Assembly: GCF_037042905.1 (NCBI RefSeq)
Contig: NC_087245.1
Coordinates: 35,590,001 to 35,654,000 of the forward strand
Source of the DNA: Lytechinus pictus
Lineage: Eukaryota
Direction: 5' to 3'
DNA length: 64,000 nucleotides
Part shown: piece by piece, positions 38,201-52,175 of the stretch
Layout: every line of letters begins with the position of its first letter
How positions within the stretch are numbered: the stretch's first letter is position 1
Made by a program: the position numbers and the translations under genes
The notes under the pieces: generated by a model
The model's database searches: none
Told to the model about the DNA's origin: nothing
The model's input: only the letters and a program-made list of their open reading frames with translations

Positions 38201-38416
38201 CACTCTTAAAACAAATCAGTCAAATTGACTAGAACAGTAGTCAGCTGGGTGCAACTGATATGTCTATAGTCACATTTCTGACATATATTCTAATAAGAAA
38301 TAACTCTGTTCTAGTAAAATACGACTAGAAAAATTCAAATAATGACTAGAATAACAGTTGCACCCAGCTGACCCTATAAACTAGTCAATTTTGACTGATT
38401 TGTTTTTTTTAGAGTG
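38201..38416. mobile_element. CAC-ended MITE with TA TSD
   Basis: TA|CACTCTTAAAACAAATCAGTCAAA...TTTGACTGATTTGTTTTTTTTAGAGTG|TA. Other copies at 58953-59163 and, interrupted, ~56655-57018. Confidence 0.85.
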
Positions 38417-39797
38417 TAAAGAAGTATGATGTTATTTAAGCCAATGCTAGACAGAAATAACTCTGTTCTAGTAAATACGACTAGAAAATGGTCAAATATG
38501 ACTAGAATAAAAGTTGCACCCAGCTGACCCTTTTAACTAGTCATTTTGACTGATTTATTGTTTAGAGTGTAAAGAAGTATGACGTAATTCAAGCCAATGC
38601 TAAGATGATATATACATAGATTGCATTGATGTATATGTCTACTATAACTTGAAAAGGAAATAATTTTTTTATATATATATTCTTCATTATCATGTGCATT
38701 TCAATGGATGGTGTAAAGGTTGACCTTAAGCTTGAGATATCACATCATGTTTGGTTATAGCCTATTGTACTGATGCTGTTATCTGTGTTATCTAAAAACC
38801 TAGTTGCATGCATCTTGGATTGTTTTTTTTGACCTCGTTTGGGGGGGGGGTAAGGGGCAAATTCCTCGAGTGACACTTTTAAGGGGGAAAACACGTGGAA
38901 GAGGAAAAGGGTGAAAACGGACAAATATATCTATATTTTTGAGGATTTTTGGCGAGGCAACTTCACTGTTTGTCCCAGACGTCATAATACGCCGCTGATT
39001 TACAGTATCATAAATCTCCGTCATCAATAGTTTACTACTAGTACAGTAGATAGGATCACATTACGCGGCAATGACCTTAGCATTCTATTTTTCTAGGGCA
39101 GTTGAATTTTATGCTGGTACATATTATTATTAAAAAGTACTCCTGAACTTTTAGTACTGTAAGAAATATTACAATGTGCAGCAAACTTAATGGGGACGAT
39201 TCTCCATAAAGCAGATTATTGTCTAGCAAGATATGCGGAAAGTTAAAACGAGTCGTATATTTTTAGTAGATTATCTGTTCGCTATTCAACAGTAGTTAGC
39301 TGAATTAATTACCACATACGTACCCACCAACGAACAATATATTGTAACCGTTTGCATAAATGATACATTTCTTTTAAATTTGCACCCTTCGATTAACACG
39401 CCATGCACTGCCCTATATTAAATTAAATAAAAAAACTGCTTTCTAACTGCAGCATAAATAGTAATTAAAATAAATTACATAGTCGTGTTGTATTGCCGCA
39501 ATGTGGGGAACCGTTATGAAGCGAGCAAGCTTATCACAATGGTGTTATGTTTAACATGGGTTTATGATTTGATGCATACATTTGGTGAATTGTGAAAATA
39601 AAATGCAATAAAAAATACGTTTTCAAAGTATCTGGACTCCAACCCACGGGCCCGGCTGCGTACGGCTATGCATTTTTAGAGAGAGAGAGAGAGGGGGGGG
39701 GGGTGGGATGGAGGGAGAGAGAGATGGACAATACCTTTAAATGCGTTGTCAGAATAATCATGAAATTTTACCCGCCAAATTCTCTTCAGTAGGGAAA

Positions 39798-40038
39798 ATG
39801 TCTGACGCGTCAGCTGGTCGTGACGGTGATCTAAGCAGGAGAGCACTGAATGTCCTCGAGTTCTTTGGCGAACTTGTGATCCTTCATCTCCACATTCTCT
39901 TGGTTACCATAGAGGCCTTCCTAACATGGATGATACCAAGTTTTCTGAGGTCGAAATCTCTGGAGGGTGAGACGATGCTCATTACGGGGGCTGGCAGCGG
40001 CATCGGCAGGCTCTTCGCGCTCAAGTTTTCTGCATTAG
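39798..40038 (+). CDS. SDR16C-family short-chain dehydrogenase/reductase (RDH10/SDR16C5/HSD17B11-like), coding exon 1 of 5
   Basis: ATG 39798 follows an acceptor at 39789. Hydrophobic N-terminus, Rossmann motif LITGAGSGIGR, donor GTGAGT at 40039 (phase 1). Spliced CDS is 1014 nt = 337 aa. Confidence 0.9.
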
Positions 40039-41074
40039 GTGAGTAGGGTGAAGGGGGAATCCCCGCCATACCCGGGGGGGGGGGGGGCGTTTCATGAAAG
40101 GATTTGTGGATGTTTTCTCCGACAAGGTTTTCATTTCTTTCCTAAAAGATTTTATCCAATATTAAACACGAAAACAATTGATTTACTTTACAGAAAAGTT
40201 TACAACAGCTGTACATCAGGGCACTGGAAACGATTTGTTCCTTTCCACCGGAGATACTGGTATATGTAATTATTATTGCAGGGGCGGATTCAGCTTTCGC
40301 CAATAGGAGAGGGGGAGAAAAATATTTTCATCCACATTTTCATCGATCGGCCGCTAAATTGTTTTTTTAGGGGGGGGGGTTGATTATTGACGATGTATGC
40401 TAGTCCTAACTAAAGATTGACTATGAAGTGCACCTTATTTTTATTTTTACGAATATGATACGAGTTAGTAATGCAAGCGCGAAGCGCGAGCTCAAATTCT
40501 GGGATCGAACATTCTAAACAGTTTTTGTAATCATTAGCAAAAGGCGTACCTAAACGTATATACTGACGTGAAAATGATATTATCACAGACAGATAGGAAT
40601 CTAACCTTGTAGTTAACAAAAGTATCGGGATATTTGATTGGATCGATAGTTTATGTCATAAATATTCACAGAGTTATATGAAAAATTGTTCTTTCTCTTT
40701 ATCTAATGAAACACATGATTTCAAGACCAGGAAAAAAAAAACCAACCAAGAATCAAAATAAAACACCAAGCGTCCCCCCCCCCCGCCATTATGCACCTGT
40801 ACCCTTACGTTAAGATATGTATGATGAATAATTGTTATTGTTTTCTGGGGTTGCCACGCAGTCAAGCTTAGCTTATAGTGGCAACCCCTGCAACCTTCTA
40901 AAAACGATATGTATTCATAGAAAATGCAATTTTGTTCAATGTTTTGCTTGTCAGTTGATACGTATATTATTTTTGTATTTTCTTTGTTAATGTGTTTATG
41001 AAAAGGTGTTGCAGAAACCAATAAATGAAATGAAATAATGGATATTATGAAGCGACTACGAGCTCTTCACATCC

Positions 41075-41593
41075 CACAGTGTGCTTAACCAATGAATGCT
41101 CATTTTCATAGTTTTTGGACAACCTGAAGATTATGACACAGTATGGTCTCCACAGTTTGACAATGGAAATCATCATTGTGCCCACACTGTTGAAAATATG
41201 CTAAATGAGTGTGAAAACCTGTGTGACCCCCCTCCCCCCACCGTGTGTATCATACTACAGTGTGGTAACAGATTCTTACAGATTGATTGCATTCAGTGAA
41301 ATGTTTCACAGTGTAGGCCAACGGTGTGATTGCATTCTGAATACATAGTGTCACCACCATCATAGTGTGAACAATATAGTACCACAGTGTGGCTACCTAG
41401 TAGATGATATTCCACAGAATGACTAACCTGTGATTACTATTTCAGTGTGCTACTCTTAATTTCACAGTGCATCCACACACAGTGAAACAGTGAAAGAGTG
41501 TGTTCTGACATCACAGTGTGAATGGCAGTGTGATATAGAACATAGTGTGAAGTGCAATACGCTACATCGTTGTTCACACTGTATTTCTTCCAG
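41075..41593. repeat. Degenerate CACAGTGTG-motif repeat (probable DNA-transposon internal repeats) in SDR intron 1
   Basis: Many CACAGTGTG/CACACTGT variants. Confidence 0.5.
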
Positions 41594-41663
41594 CAGGAAC
41601 GTTCAAAATTTACGAAATTTTCAATGGGAAAACGTTCTTTTCTATTCATTCGATTCCATGCAG

Positions 41664-41935
41664 GGGTGCGAGTGGTGTTATGGGATATCAACGCTTCTGC
41701 CGTTGAAGAAACGGCGAAGATCGTACGCGTGAACGGCGGAAAGGCCTGGTGGTATACTTGTGACGTCACCAAGATGGAGGAGGTCAACGAGACTGCGCAG
41801 AGGGTGAGAGAAGAGGTCGGGGACGTGACCATGCTGATTAACAACGCAGGCATTGTGACCGGGAGGTACTTCCAGGATTTGAAAGAAGAAGATTACCAGA
41901 GGACAATGAATGTTAATTCATTGGCCCATGCTTGG
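41664..41935 (+). CDS. SDR16C-family dehydrogenase, exon 2
   Basis: CAG acceptor; VVLWDIN, CDVT and LINNAGIV motifs; GT donor at 41936. Confidence 0.93.
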
Positions 41936-42225
41936 GTAAAGACTGCTTCTTGTCTGTAATTGGTTATAGAAGTTTGCCACTCGGGAGAGGCAACAAGGGT
42001 GAGGAGGGGGGGGGGGGGGCAGGTCGCCTGTATGATTTTTTCTTCTAAGAAGAGAAAGGAGGAGAGGAAGAAAAGTAAGAATTATCTGGGTCGTATAACT
42101 CCATTCCATGTCATTCAATTGAAGGGGGGGGGGGTCTCTTGTTGATCATCTACCCCCCCCCCCCACCACTCTGTCAGGTTCAATCACGTCACATAATGTA
42201 GTCACTGTAGATTTCAGTATCTAGC

Positions 42226-43718
42226 TGTAGGGTCCATTGATCTTTGCTGATTGAATTCTACCGCCATGTTTACACCAACGCTGCGTCCATGCAGTTCTCG
42301 CTGCGTCAACGAAAAATTGATGTGAAGCAGGAACTGCTACAGCGTACCGAGATCGCAGCGAGAACTGTTATTGACGTAGAATAGTCTGCATGATCTCCGG
42401 AGACACATTTTCCGCAACGTGGATTTTGAACATGTCCAAAGTCCACGTAGCATGCAGAAGCGCCGTCTGATGAGCGCGTATATAGTAATTACGCAGTAAG
42501 GACCTCCTTAGGACCTACTAAAAGCTCAAACGACGTAGTATAGACTAGCCAAAACGGGAAGAATGTAGCAACAACTTTGCCCATGTGTGCTTCGCGGCTG
42601 CCACTCAGATTCAGTTGTTGCTACGTCCTGTACACCAGTAATGACCGCACAGAGGCCCTGTTGCAATCGGTAATGTAGCAGCGTTGCCTAAATGTTTCAA
42701 CAGTGCATTATGTACACATTTAAATAAATGTTTAGAATTCAGAATCCGAAAGATGTGACTGGGCTAACTGTTTGCGATCTGATAGGCTAACAACGTTTCT
42801 ATTCGGCTGGCACTGATGAAGTTGTCGCTATGTTGTTGAATAACAGAAGAAATCCTAGGATGCGGCGCCAACTTCATTTGATTTTCTAAAGAAAAATGAA
42901 ATTGTCAAGTGCATGCTACGTCCGCGCCACGTCCTTGCGAAGTTCTCACGAGGTTTATTTTGCGCGCAAGAGCGGTCCATGCTGCATCGAAACGATTCCC
43001 GCTACGTTCTGATCATCATCTAGTGGATTGCGCGACTTGTAGTACCTTCGTCTGTTTTGGACGTAACACCAACTGAGTGTGCGTGGTGACCTCGTAGTAG
43101 CAGTACAGTAGAAATTGACAGAGTTGTTTGTTGCCACGTTCTTACCATGTCCGCTACGCCTATGCTACGTCGATGGAGTTGTAAGTAGGTCCTTAATGCG
43201 TCATTACTATGCACTATTCAGATCGCGCTCCCGCTACGTGGACTTTGGATATGTTCAAAGTCCACGTGGCGGAAAATGAGTCTGCGGAGATCATGCAGAC
43301 TATGCCACGTTAATAACAATTCTCGCTACGCTCTCATAACGCTGTAACATTTCCCACTGCGTCATGGCCATTTTCATTTGACGCAGTGAGAAATTACTGC
43401 CTGAACGTAGCGCTGTTGTAATGGGGGTACAGTTGGCGCTACGGCAGTCCAAATAGACGAGGCGCAGCAAGTCGCGTAATCTGCTGGATGTATATAGTCA
43501 GAACGTAGCGGGAACCGTTTCGACGTAGCATGGACCGATTTTGCTCGCAGAATAAACTTAGTGGGAGCACAACACACGCAACATAAACTTCAAAATGACG
43601 TGGCGCGGACGTATCATGCACGTGAAAATTTCACATCATTCGAGAAAATCAAGCGACGTAGGCGCCACGTCCTAGGTTTTTTTTTCTGAATTTCACCAAC
43701 GTAGCGGGAACTTGGATT
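42226..43718. mobile_element. Large inverted-repeat non-autonomous DNA transposon in SDR intron 2
   Basis: ~42376-42510 is an imperfect reverse complement of ~43180-43310. CGTAGC/GCTACG motifs; ends are approximate. Confidence 0.6.
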
Positions 43719-44049
43719 ATCTAATTAAAGGGCTGGGGCTTGACTTCGTATCAAACCAGGTTGCTAAATGTACTGTAGGGTTATATTTTTGCCGGGTTTA
43801 TAGTGATGTGCCTCCTTTAGGCTCGATTGAGACTGGAAACATTCTGTCTCATCCTCTTTTTTATACCACTTCCCTCTCCTAATTTCCCCACCCCCCTCTC
43901 ATTCTTCCAAACTTCACATACCCTCCTTTTTTAATTTATAATTTCATTGGCACACTGAACTTTCACTGTGACTGTCTCAGCTGAGACTTCTTCCTCTTGC
44001 TATTTATTGCTAACATTACTTTATCTCTCTATCTTTGTTCTGACTTAAG

Positions 44050-44300
44050 ACCCTGAAGGCGTTCCTTCCTCACATGTTGGAGAGGAATCACGGTCATATC
44101 GTCACTGTAGCTAGTATCATGGGTGAGCTTGTAATACCAGGATTGAGCGATTACTGTATGAGTAAATTCGCTGCTATCGCACTCCACGATAGTTTGCTAC
44201 GCGAGGTCCGGGCTCAGCGGAAAGACGGGATCCATTTCACACTGGTCAATCCTTACAAGATCGACACGGGAATGTTTGACGGAGCGAGGATCAAAAAGTC
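44050..44300 (+). CDS. SDR16C-family dehydrogenase, exon 3
   Basis: [22 protein letters not shown], catalytic YCMSK (YxxxK) and PYKIDTGMF; donor GTGAGT at 44301. Confidence 0.93.
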
Positions 44301-44518
44301 GTGAGTGGGGACATAGCTCAATCTCCATGTCTTGTATTACTTTGCAAATAAGAAATGAAAGAAAATACTGTACCATTCAGATAATTTGCATTTAAAGTGA
44401 ATCTTAAATTAGTGTTCAGATGTGAAATAATAATAATAAAAAATCGGTTTCCAGAGTCTGAATTGTTCATCTCTAGATTCTATAACACTTTCTGATTATT
44501 TTTTAGATCTCTAACATA

Positions 44519-44765
44519 CTCTCTACATGCAAAGGAGCTAATCGATCTAATCTCACTCCTCTCAGCCTAGTGAGATGATTGACCAGTCCTGGTGGAATGA
44601 GATTTCATTCTTTTTACGAATTTTTACCTTTCGAGTGAAAGTGTAAAAAAATGCCCTTTCACTAAAAAAAACCCAGTAAAAATTCACTCTTGAAAGATTG
44701 AAATCTCATTCCATCAGGACTTGGTCTCCCATTTTTAGGGACTTGAGTCCTTTGCATTTAGAGAG
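44519..44765. mobile_element. Small TA-flanked MITE
   Basis: TA|CTCTCTACATGCAAAGGA...TCCTTTGCATTTAGAGAG|TA, plus an internal inverted pair AGTCCTGGTGGAATGAGATTTCA / TGAAATCTCATTCCATCAGGACT. Confidence 0.75.
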
Positions 44766-45210
44766 TAGATCCCATAAAAACATTTAGATATAGATTTTGT
44801 TTATTTCCGTTCAACAAAATAAACAATAATCGAAGTAATAGTACATATTCAAAACAATATAGACAGTTCAATGACATTTCATAACAAATAAATTAACTGA
44901 ACCAAGAAAAGTAATGCTTGTATAAAAGGCAAGTCCCTAAACTTAGTTTCAATACTAATTGACAATTTTCAATACTAATTGACAATTAACCATTCTAAGG
45001 GTCATCGGAATATATGAACAAAATAGACCTGTTTTTAATGATATAACTTTTAAATAGATAATATGATAATTACATGACTTTTGTTGGCATACCAATCCTC
45101 AATAGTCATTTCTGGTTTGGAAAAAAAAACATCGTCCACGTTTTCTATTTTGAAAACGCAATGACACTACCCTAATGTCTAATGATGATTCTATTGTGTT
45201 TTGGTCACAG

Positions 45211-45336
45211 AGCAGAGATGTTGTTCCCTACCCTTAAACCTGAGTACGTAGCTGACAAGGTTGTAGAAGCTGTACAAACTAACACAGACGTGGTCAGGAC
45301 ACCTTTCATCTTCAATATCGTTGTCGTTATCTCAAA
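45211..45336 (+). CDS. SDR16C-family dehydrogenase, exon 4
   Basis: CAG acceptor; LFPTLKPEYVADKVVEAV; GTAAG donor; phases 2/2 fit the neighbouring exons. Confidence 0.88.
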
Positions 45337-46488
45337 GTAAGCTCCTGTAAGAATGTTAAATCACTGCTCACGATGGATAGCGCCATCTTTCGCCATTGGT
45401 GATCAGTAACGTGTCATTAATTTGCACGGTTTAAACTAGTGATATATCTCTATGGTTTACCACGAGCGATATATTGAATCAGGTGATCATCACGTGAGGC
45501 ATGAACGTGATCTAAGCTCTGTTTAATTCAAAGTCGTTGTGATAATTCAGTGGTTGTCGCAATAATGTTAGCCATACCGAGCGACAGGATGCCGAGCGAA
45601 CATGCATTGGGGCTCGTGTTTTTTAAGATGTTTCTTTTTTTTATTAAAATCAAAATACCAATACGATACTAAAGAAAGAAACTTTGATATCGCTATTTTT
45701 CCAGTATGCATTTAAACTCGAATCCTGAAAGAATGTCCAGACTAAAATTTAGCAGTTTTTGGAGCAGTATTTAAGGATTATTCTAGCCAAATTATGATTT
45801 ATGCATTAATTAGCATGAATGATTAATTGAAAATAAATTTGAATAATTTTGGCGCAATGACCTATCCAAGATGGTTGATTACATCATGAGTGACGTGTGT
45901 GTCATTTTTTGCGCGATCAACGACAAAGATCTGAAGATGCCAAAAAAGCCCCCCCCCCCCCCGGGCTGTGTATTTTCCCACTTACTATAAGGGCTAATTA
46001 ACATAAATGGCACCCAATAGGATTTATTTAGTCAGACTACGCCTCATGATTATTCTTGGGAGCATAATTATAGCCGCGTAATTTTCCAACTCATCGTGCG
46101 GTCGGTAAAACGATGCAGTCAAGATCATTCATGCAGGTTCGTGTCTCGCCTTGAACAATTTTTCAACCTTTTTTTTTAAATGTAAAACTGAGGCAAGGCT
46201 CTGAAAAAATACCAGCCCGGGATTTATAGACTGATTCAAAGCCTCCTAAACAGAATTAGCCTTTATCGTAAGTGAAAAAATACGCCTCTGGGCTATGTAA
46301 TTTCAAAAAGCCCGGGCTATAAGGGTTCAGACAAAAAATATTCTGAATGTGTCACACAGTTGTTGGGACAAATAAGTGTATGTCAATGTCATGGTTGTGA
46401 TACATTAAATTTGTCAGATGAATGATTCAGGACTTCCTAATGATTTTTTTTTTCGTTTCATTTATTCGTCATTTCCTTCTCTACACAG

Positions 46489-46612
46489 AATACTACCTCT
46501 GAAGGCTGTACTTCTCCTTGAAGACTTCGCTGGAAACGAGAAGGCAATGAAAACCTTTGTTGGACGTAGAGGGCAGAATGCCGTTGAGCAAGCAGTGACA
46601 ACGATTGAGTGA
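46489..46612 (+). CDS. SDR16C-family dehydrogenase, exon 5 (stop)
   Basis: CAG acceptor; ILPLKA...AMKTFVGR, typical of the family C-terminus; TGA ending 46612. Confidence 0.88.
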
Positions 46613-47969
46613 TTCTTCTTCTCCCGTCACATATTTATGACTCGACGAATCAAGCAGAAAAAAGTCGTATTGATTTTTTTTTAAATTGCTGATGTTCGAG
46701 AGTGAGTTTTAAACTCACTGTATTTCGAAATCCAATTTAACTAAGGCGTTGGTTTTTCAAATCCGCCATGCTGTAATGGTGATATTCCCAGAGAGTAACT
46801 TGTGCATAAGTGTTGAATTAGCCGATGATGAAATTTAACTTGTACTGTTAAGGATGTGTGTTACCATTTGATATCCATCGTTAATCCAGGTTTTAATCCA
46901 TATTAAAAAAAAATTAAATCCCAGTTAAGATCACGGGCCGCTACACAGATAGAAGTACATGGATTTCATCTAAACCCAGGTCGGCTGTGAATTGTTACCA
47001 GTAAAGCTCCGGATTTAATTTTATTCCTAAAAATTCATATTTAAATATCAAAAGGATTTGAATTCCAAATCTTACAGCTGTAAGTTCAAAACGTTACAGA
47101 TTTAATAGATATACGCTTAAATTGCGGCGCTGTCTTTTGTATTTTGTTTGTACTTTGTAATCCGAGTGGTTGGTGTTTAGAGCCTATGGGTTTTATAGGT
47201 TTTCCTACCTTTTGGAATTAGAACTTTGTTTCCAAAGATGAGCAGATAATAACGTATCAATGTACAATGATATACGCGCAGTTTTGATTGTATCCCTAAA
47301 TGATATTGCATTTAATATTCAATGTAACGTATCTATTCGCCATCTTTGTAGTTCAATATAAACAGAGATTACTTTTTGTTAATTTTTTAAAAGTTCTACT
47401 TTCATAGTAAGTTTTCTTTTTCGGCTGAGCTATAAAATCACACGTTTTAAATATTTGAACAAGATTAATAGTCATGATAGTGGAGGTTCCGATTATACTG
47501 ACTAAGCATTTTCACGTGTACGCACTGAGGTTTCCAGCAAAGGGTGTCAACAAACTCATTTACTATACCGAATTTGAAGACCCTATTTGCTGCAAATATA
47601 TCTCTCTTCTTCATGTCAATGATTGTTGGATCATGTCAATGTCACAGTCGAATATTGTGTGCATATTTTTAAATCTTAAATTATTGTATTTAATTAATGT
47701 ATATAGCCCTTTTCGTAATTATGTGTAGTTTCCATTCACATGACTGGTGAATTATTTGTAGATATGGAATTCAATTAGTAAATGTACTTAAATATTGCTG
47801 CATTATTATGTATGCTGCTAGTTCCATGTCGCATTTTCAATCAATTTATTTCATAAATATGCCATTGTAGCAAATAATTATCTATTTGCAGTGTACGAAT
47901 TTCAACAAAGAGTACTATATCTCAATTTATCTTGTCTTGTTGTCATTACACGTCTCATATAAACAACAA

Positions 47970-48330
47970 AGACGTTGGCGATAACGACGACGACGAGGAG
48001 GAGGAGGTAGAGGATTATGGTGACGACGACGATGATGGTGTTGATGATGATGATGATGACAATTATGATGATGATGATGATGACAATTGTAATATTGATG
48101 ATGGTGGTGATGATGATGATGGCGATGATGACAATTATGATGATGATGGTGATGATGATGACAATTATGATGATTATGTTGATGATGGTGGCGGTGGTGG
48201 TGGTGGTGGGAATGTTGACTTTGATATTACTTTCAATGTTCTTACGAGCGAAAAAAGAGATGCCGATGACGAGAATTTCGATAACCGCAACAAGGATGAG
48301 AAACATAACAATGATAATGACGATAATAAA
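47970..48330. repeat. Imperfect (GAT/GAC/GGT)n microsatellite
   Basis: Read directly. Confidence 0.95.
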
Positions 48331-48684
48331 AATTTTGATCAAAATTTAGTCAAGTGCCCGCCAACACAATGACAGTGGCGTAATGAAACAAGAATTTGAG
48401 GGGCATAACCATAACATTGCGTACGGGGGTAATGTATACGTATAGACGTGAGTGGGAAAAGCGATCGAGTAAAAACACATATTAATTTAAATTTTGATAA
48501 ATGTGACAGACTGAAAATAATACCTAGAAAGTCGTCAATATCTTAAACCCGATTCCTTTTTATTTTATTTCTTGTGATTTTTTTCTAGGTCGATTTTCTT
48601 TCTTTTTTGAAGGGAGGTGGGGGGGTGCCCACTTCCCATCTTCACGCCGATGCTCAAAGTCCACAAGAACAGTGGACTTCTGGT

Positions 48685-48818
48685 TCATGTGTCCAGTCAT
48701 GTGTCAAGTCACGTATACAGGTTTAAGTATATAGGTCAATAACAAAAAGTATAATATCACGGATGATTAAAACAAAAACCCGGCTGATTCATAAGGTATA
48801 TACAAAGAAGTCACATGA
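48685..48818 (+). promoter_or_regulatory. Cluster of M-box/CLEAR-like E-boxes upstream of the SLC17 gene
   Basis: TCATGTG at 48685, AGTCATGTG at 48695, GTCACGTA at 48708 and GTCACATGA at 48810. Confidence 0.35.
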
Positions 48819-49486
48819 AAATGACTTATTGATTTTTAATATTCCAAATGTTTATGCACATCAGCCAAGCCCACATAAAACAAATAAAAAAAATGCCTTA
48901 TCATGATAATTTGTTTTCATTTAATGTGCAGTGAAGTTTAATTGGACGTGCATGTATTTACATAGGTATGACCTTGTATCGGATACGATATGATACACCG
49001 TTATGCAAAATACTCCAGTCAAAACCAGACTACAATGTAAATGGTTGTAAAGTGAAATATGCCCCTTCCGTGGGGGGGGGGGGGGGGTGGTCAGGTCATT
49101 TTGCTCTTGCCCCCTACCATTGATACCCCGCCTTTGGTAGGCTATGCATTGATTTTCTTTTTCTTCAAAATATCAAAAGTGGATTTAGAGCCTTTTGGAA
49201 ATTAGGTCTACAGATAGTCTAACCTTTATGACCAGTACATGGTTCCAAGGTTCTTGCTCTCTTGGGGGCAAAGATCATATTTATTCTTTAACTCGGCCAA
49301 CATTTTTATTTTCCAAACTATTTCACTTGTTCAGAGGTTGTGTCATTAAAGAGACTGATAGACAGGAAATTCAAAATAAGAATTAAGGCAGTGAGCAACC
49401 GACCCGGGCAACCGACAACCTGCTAATACAGCCAACTGATCTGATCTTAAGCTGATCGGACCATCACTGATAGAACCGATTAAATT

Positions 49487-49721
49487 ATGCCTTCTCATAA
49501 ATTCCCAGATGAAAGGACAGACTTGGTGAAATCCACTGAAGTGTCTTACACGAGCTCACATGGAAGTGATCCTGGAAATAGCAACGTTAAAATAACTTCA
49601 CAAAACTACCAAGGATATCAAAATGGACACTCTCCGAGACAAGAGACAAGCTACAATCATGATGAACATGATGAAGATAGAGATGAGACAAAACCACTTA
49701 TTGAATCTAATCTAAAGGCTG
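49487..49721 (+). CDS. SLC17-family (sialin/SLC17A5-like) MFS anion transporter, coding exon 1 of 10
   Basis: ATG 49487; hydrophilic N-tail with dileucine-type ETKPLI; GTAAG donor (phase 1) fits exon 2. Spliced CDS is 1674 nt = 557 aa. Confidence 0.8.
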
Positions 49722-50628
49722 GTAAGAATACTTTTCTAATTCATTAAGGGGATTACACTGTATACCATCGAGACGAGTTTACCTCCCTATATGCCTTTAC
49801 ATACCAGCTCAATGAAATAAGCTGGAATGGATCAAAGTAAGGGCTAATATCAAGAAATAGAACTCTTGATATTGAGAATTGTATTTATTAGAAATAGAAA
49901 TAGGAATGAATGTTTCATATATATAAGTTTTTATTAAAATGAATCATCATCATGCTCAAAACTCACACCGGAATAAATAGGCGCATTAGAACGATACAGA
50001 AAGATAGACATGTATAGGTCAGTATAGACAGTTCGGTCACAAAGTCCAATATAGTAGGCCTACATGTATAATAATAACTTTGATGTTTTCTTTAATACCC
50101 TAGCCCAAAAGTTTATCAAATCGATCACTTGCTTTCAACAACTTGTTATCACGAAATGTGAACGATGTTAATCCTAGTCTGCATCTGCTGTGCAATCACT
50201 TCACTCGAGTTAAGGGTCTGAAAGTGCATCCTATTAATACATAAGTGAAGACCCTCTCGCTGAATTGAAACAGCCAGTTTTGTATGTACTATAGTCTTCG
50301 CGTGGAGACCCACTTGTTGATCAAAAGTTTCAATCAGGGTCTGCGCGCCTGCAGACTATGTAAGCCCGATGACCCGTATTTTGAACTCCTGTTTAATTTC
50401 AACCATGGTATAAGCCAAAAGTGTCCCGAATCTGTTTACACTGCCATGCTTCTTGTCATTGCTGGGTTATTTCCCATGTTTATAAACCATGGGGGGGGGG
50501 GGGCACATCCAGCCGGTGCCCCCCCCCTGGATCCGCCACCAACCAGTGCGTATACTAATTTGTAGCATATTCACACAGGACGAAAAAGACAGAGATATCA
50601 AGAAGAAGCAGTGGTTTCGAAGTATTAA

Positions 50629-51231
50629 AGGTCAAGTCCACCCCAGAAAAATGTTGATTTGAATAAATAGAGAAAAGTCAAGATAGCACAATGCTGAAAA
50701 TTTCATCAAAATCGGATGTAAAATAAGAAAGTTATGGCATTTTAAAGTTTAGCTTATTTTTTCACAAAACAGTGATATGCACAACTCAGTGACATACAAA
50801 TGAGTGAGTCGATGATGTCACTCACTCACTATTTCTTTTGTTTTTTATTGTTTGAATTATACAATATTAATTTTTTTACAGATTTGACAATAAGGACCAA
50901 CTTGACTGAACCATATAGTATTAAACAATGTTAATTCCACATGTTCAGGAGGAATTAATTTTTTTTTCACTTGACGATGAGGAGAAAAATAGAATATTCC
51001 TTATTTCTTATAATAAAATACAAAATAAATAGTGAGTGGATGACGTCATCAGTCTCCTCATTTGCATACTGACCAGGATGTGCATATAACTATTATGTGA
51101 AATTAAGCGAAATTTCAAAATGTCATAACTTTCTTATTTTCCATCCGATTTTGATGAAATTTTCAGTGTTATGCTCGTTGGATTTTTATCTTTTTATTCA
51201 AATCAACTTTTTGTTTGGGTGGACTTGTCCT
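50629..51231. mobile_element. Kolobok-like MITE (same family as 8900-9504)
   Basis: TTAA|AGGTCAAGTCCACCC...GGGTGGACTTGTCCT|TTAA. Confidence 0.88.
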
Positions 51232-51710
51232 TTAAAGTAGAAGTATCAAAGAAGAACAAATTCTCTCAATAACAACAGCAACAACAACAACAGTAATGAT
51301 TATATTAATAATAATGATAATAATGATAATAATGATAATAATAATAAATAAATGATAACGATAATGATAATAACGATGGTGTTAATAATAATAATGATAA
51401 TGATAATAATACTAGTAATAATACAATATCAATGATAATAGCAATAACAATAAATATATATAAACATTTATAAAGCGCCAGTCTCGTAAAATTTTCGGAA
51501 ATTCTGAGATGCATTAAACAAATTTATAAAATGAGTTGATGGATATTAAATAAATTTCGGAACGGAGTAAACAAAAACCAAAAAAAAAAGAAAAATGCAC
51601 CCAATTACTTTTACGATAATACTTACGATTTTTGCCTGGAAATCTTATATTATTACTAATATTCTTATTAATATTACCATTGTATTGTTGTTTTTGTTTA
51701 TTGTACATAG

Positions 51711-51913
51711 AAATAACGGACTGCTTTCCTACTCGTTATGTAATCTGTACCATGGGGTACATTGGATTTGTTCTAGTATATTGCTTGCGTGTTACGGTAA
51801 GCATTGGGGTGGCGGCTATGGTGAACTCGTCCACACCTCGTGCCTTGGATGACAATACGAGCGGTGAATACTGTTCCGATCGAGGAGGGATTAATAGCAC
51901 TAGGCAAGATGAG
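51711..51913 (+). CDS. SLC17 transporter, exon 2
   Basis: PTRYVICTMGYIGFVLVYCLRVTVSIGVAAMVN (TM1 with the conserved Arg residues); AG/GTAAGT boundaries. Confidence 0.92.
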
Positions 51914-51934
51914 GTAAGTCTGTTTCTGTTTATG

Positions 51935-52175
51935 CACTGCAAAAACTCTGGTGTTGATTTAACACCAGCCCGGAATCTATTATATCCACACCAGAGAAGT
52001 GTTAAACAGCACCAGTATCGTTTTGGTATAACACCAGATAGGTGTTTATACAACACCTATCAGTATTAAAACAGCATCGGTTTGATTCCAAACTGGTGTT
52101 GTTTCAATACTTCTCTGGTGTGGACATATATATATTCCGGGCTGGTGTTAAATCAACACCGGAGATTTTGCAGTG
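51935..52175. mobile_element. CACTG-ended (EnSpm-like) MITE with 2-bp TSD TG
   Basis: TG|CACTGCAAAAACTCTGGTGTTGATTTAACACCAGCCCGGAAT...ATTCCGGGCTGGTGTTAAATCAACACCGGAGATTTTGCAGTG|TG. A partial copy is at ~30822-30969. Confidence 0.9.

Noticed and set aside
47902..48372. Poly-Asp/Met/Ile ORFs
   Set aside because: Translations of a (GAT)n microsatellite.
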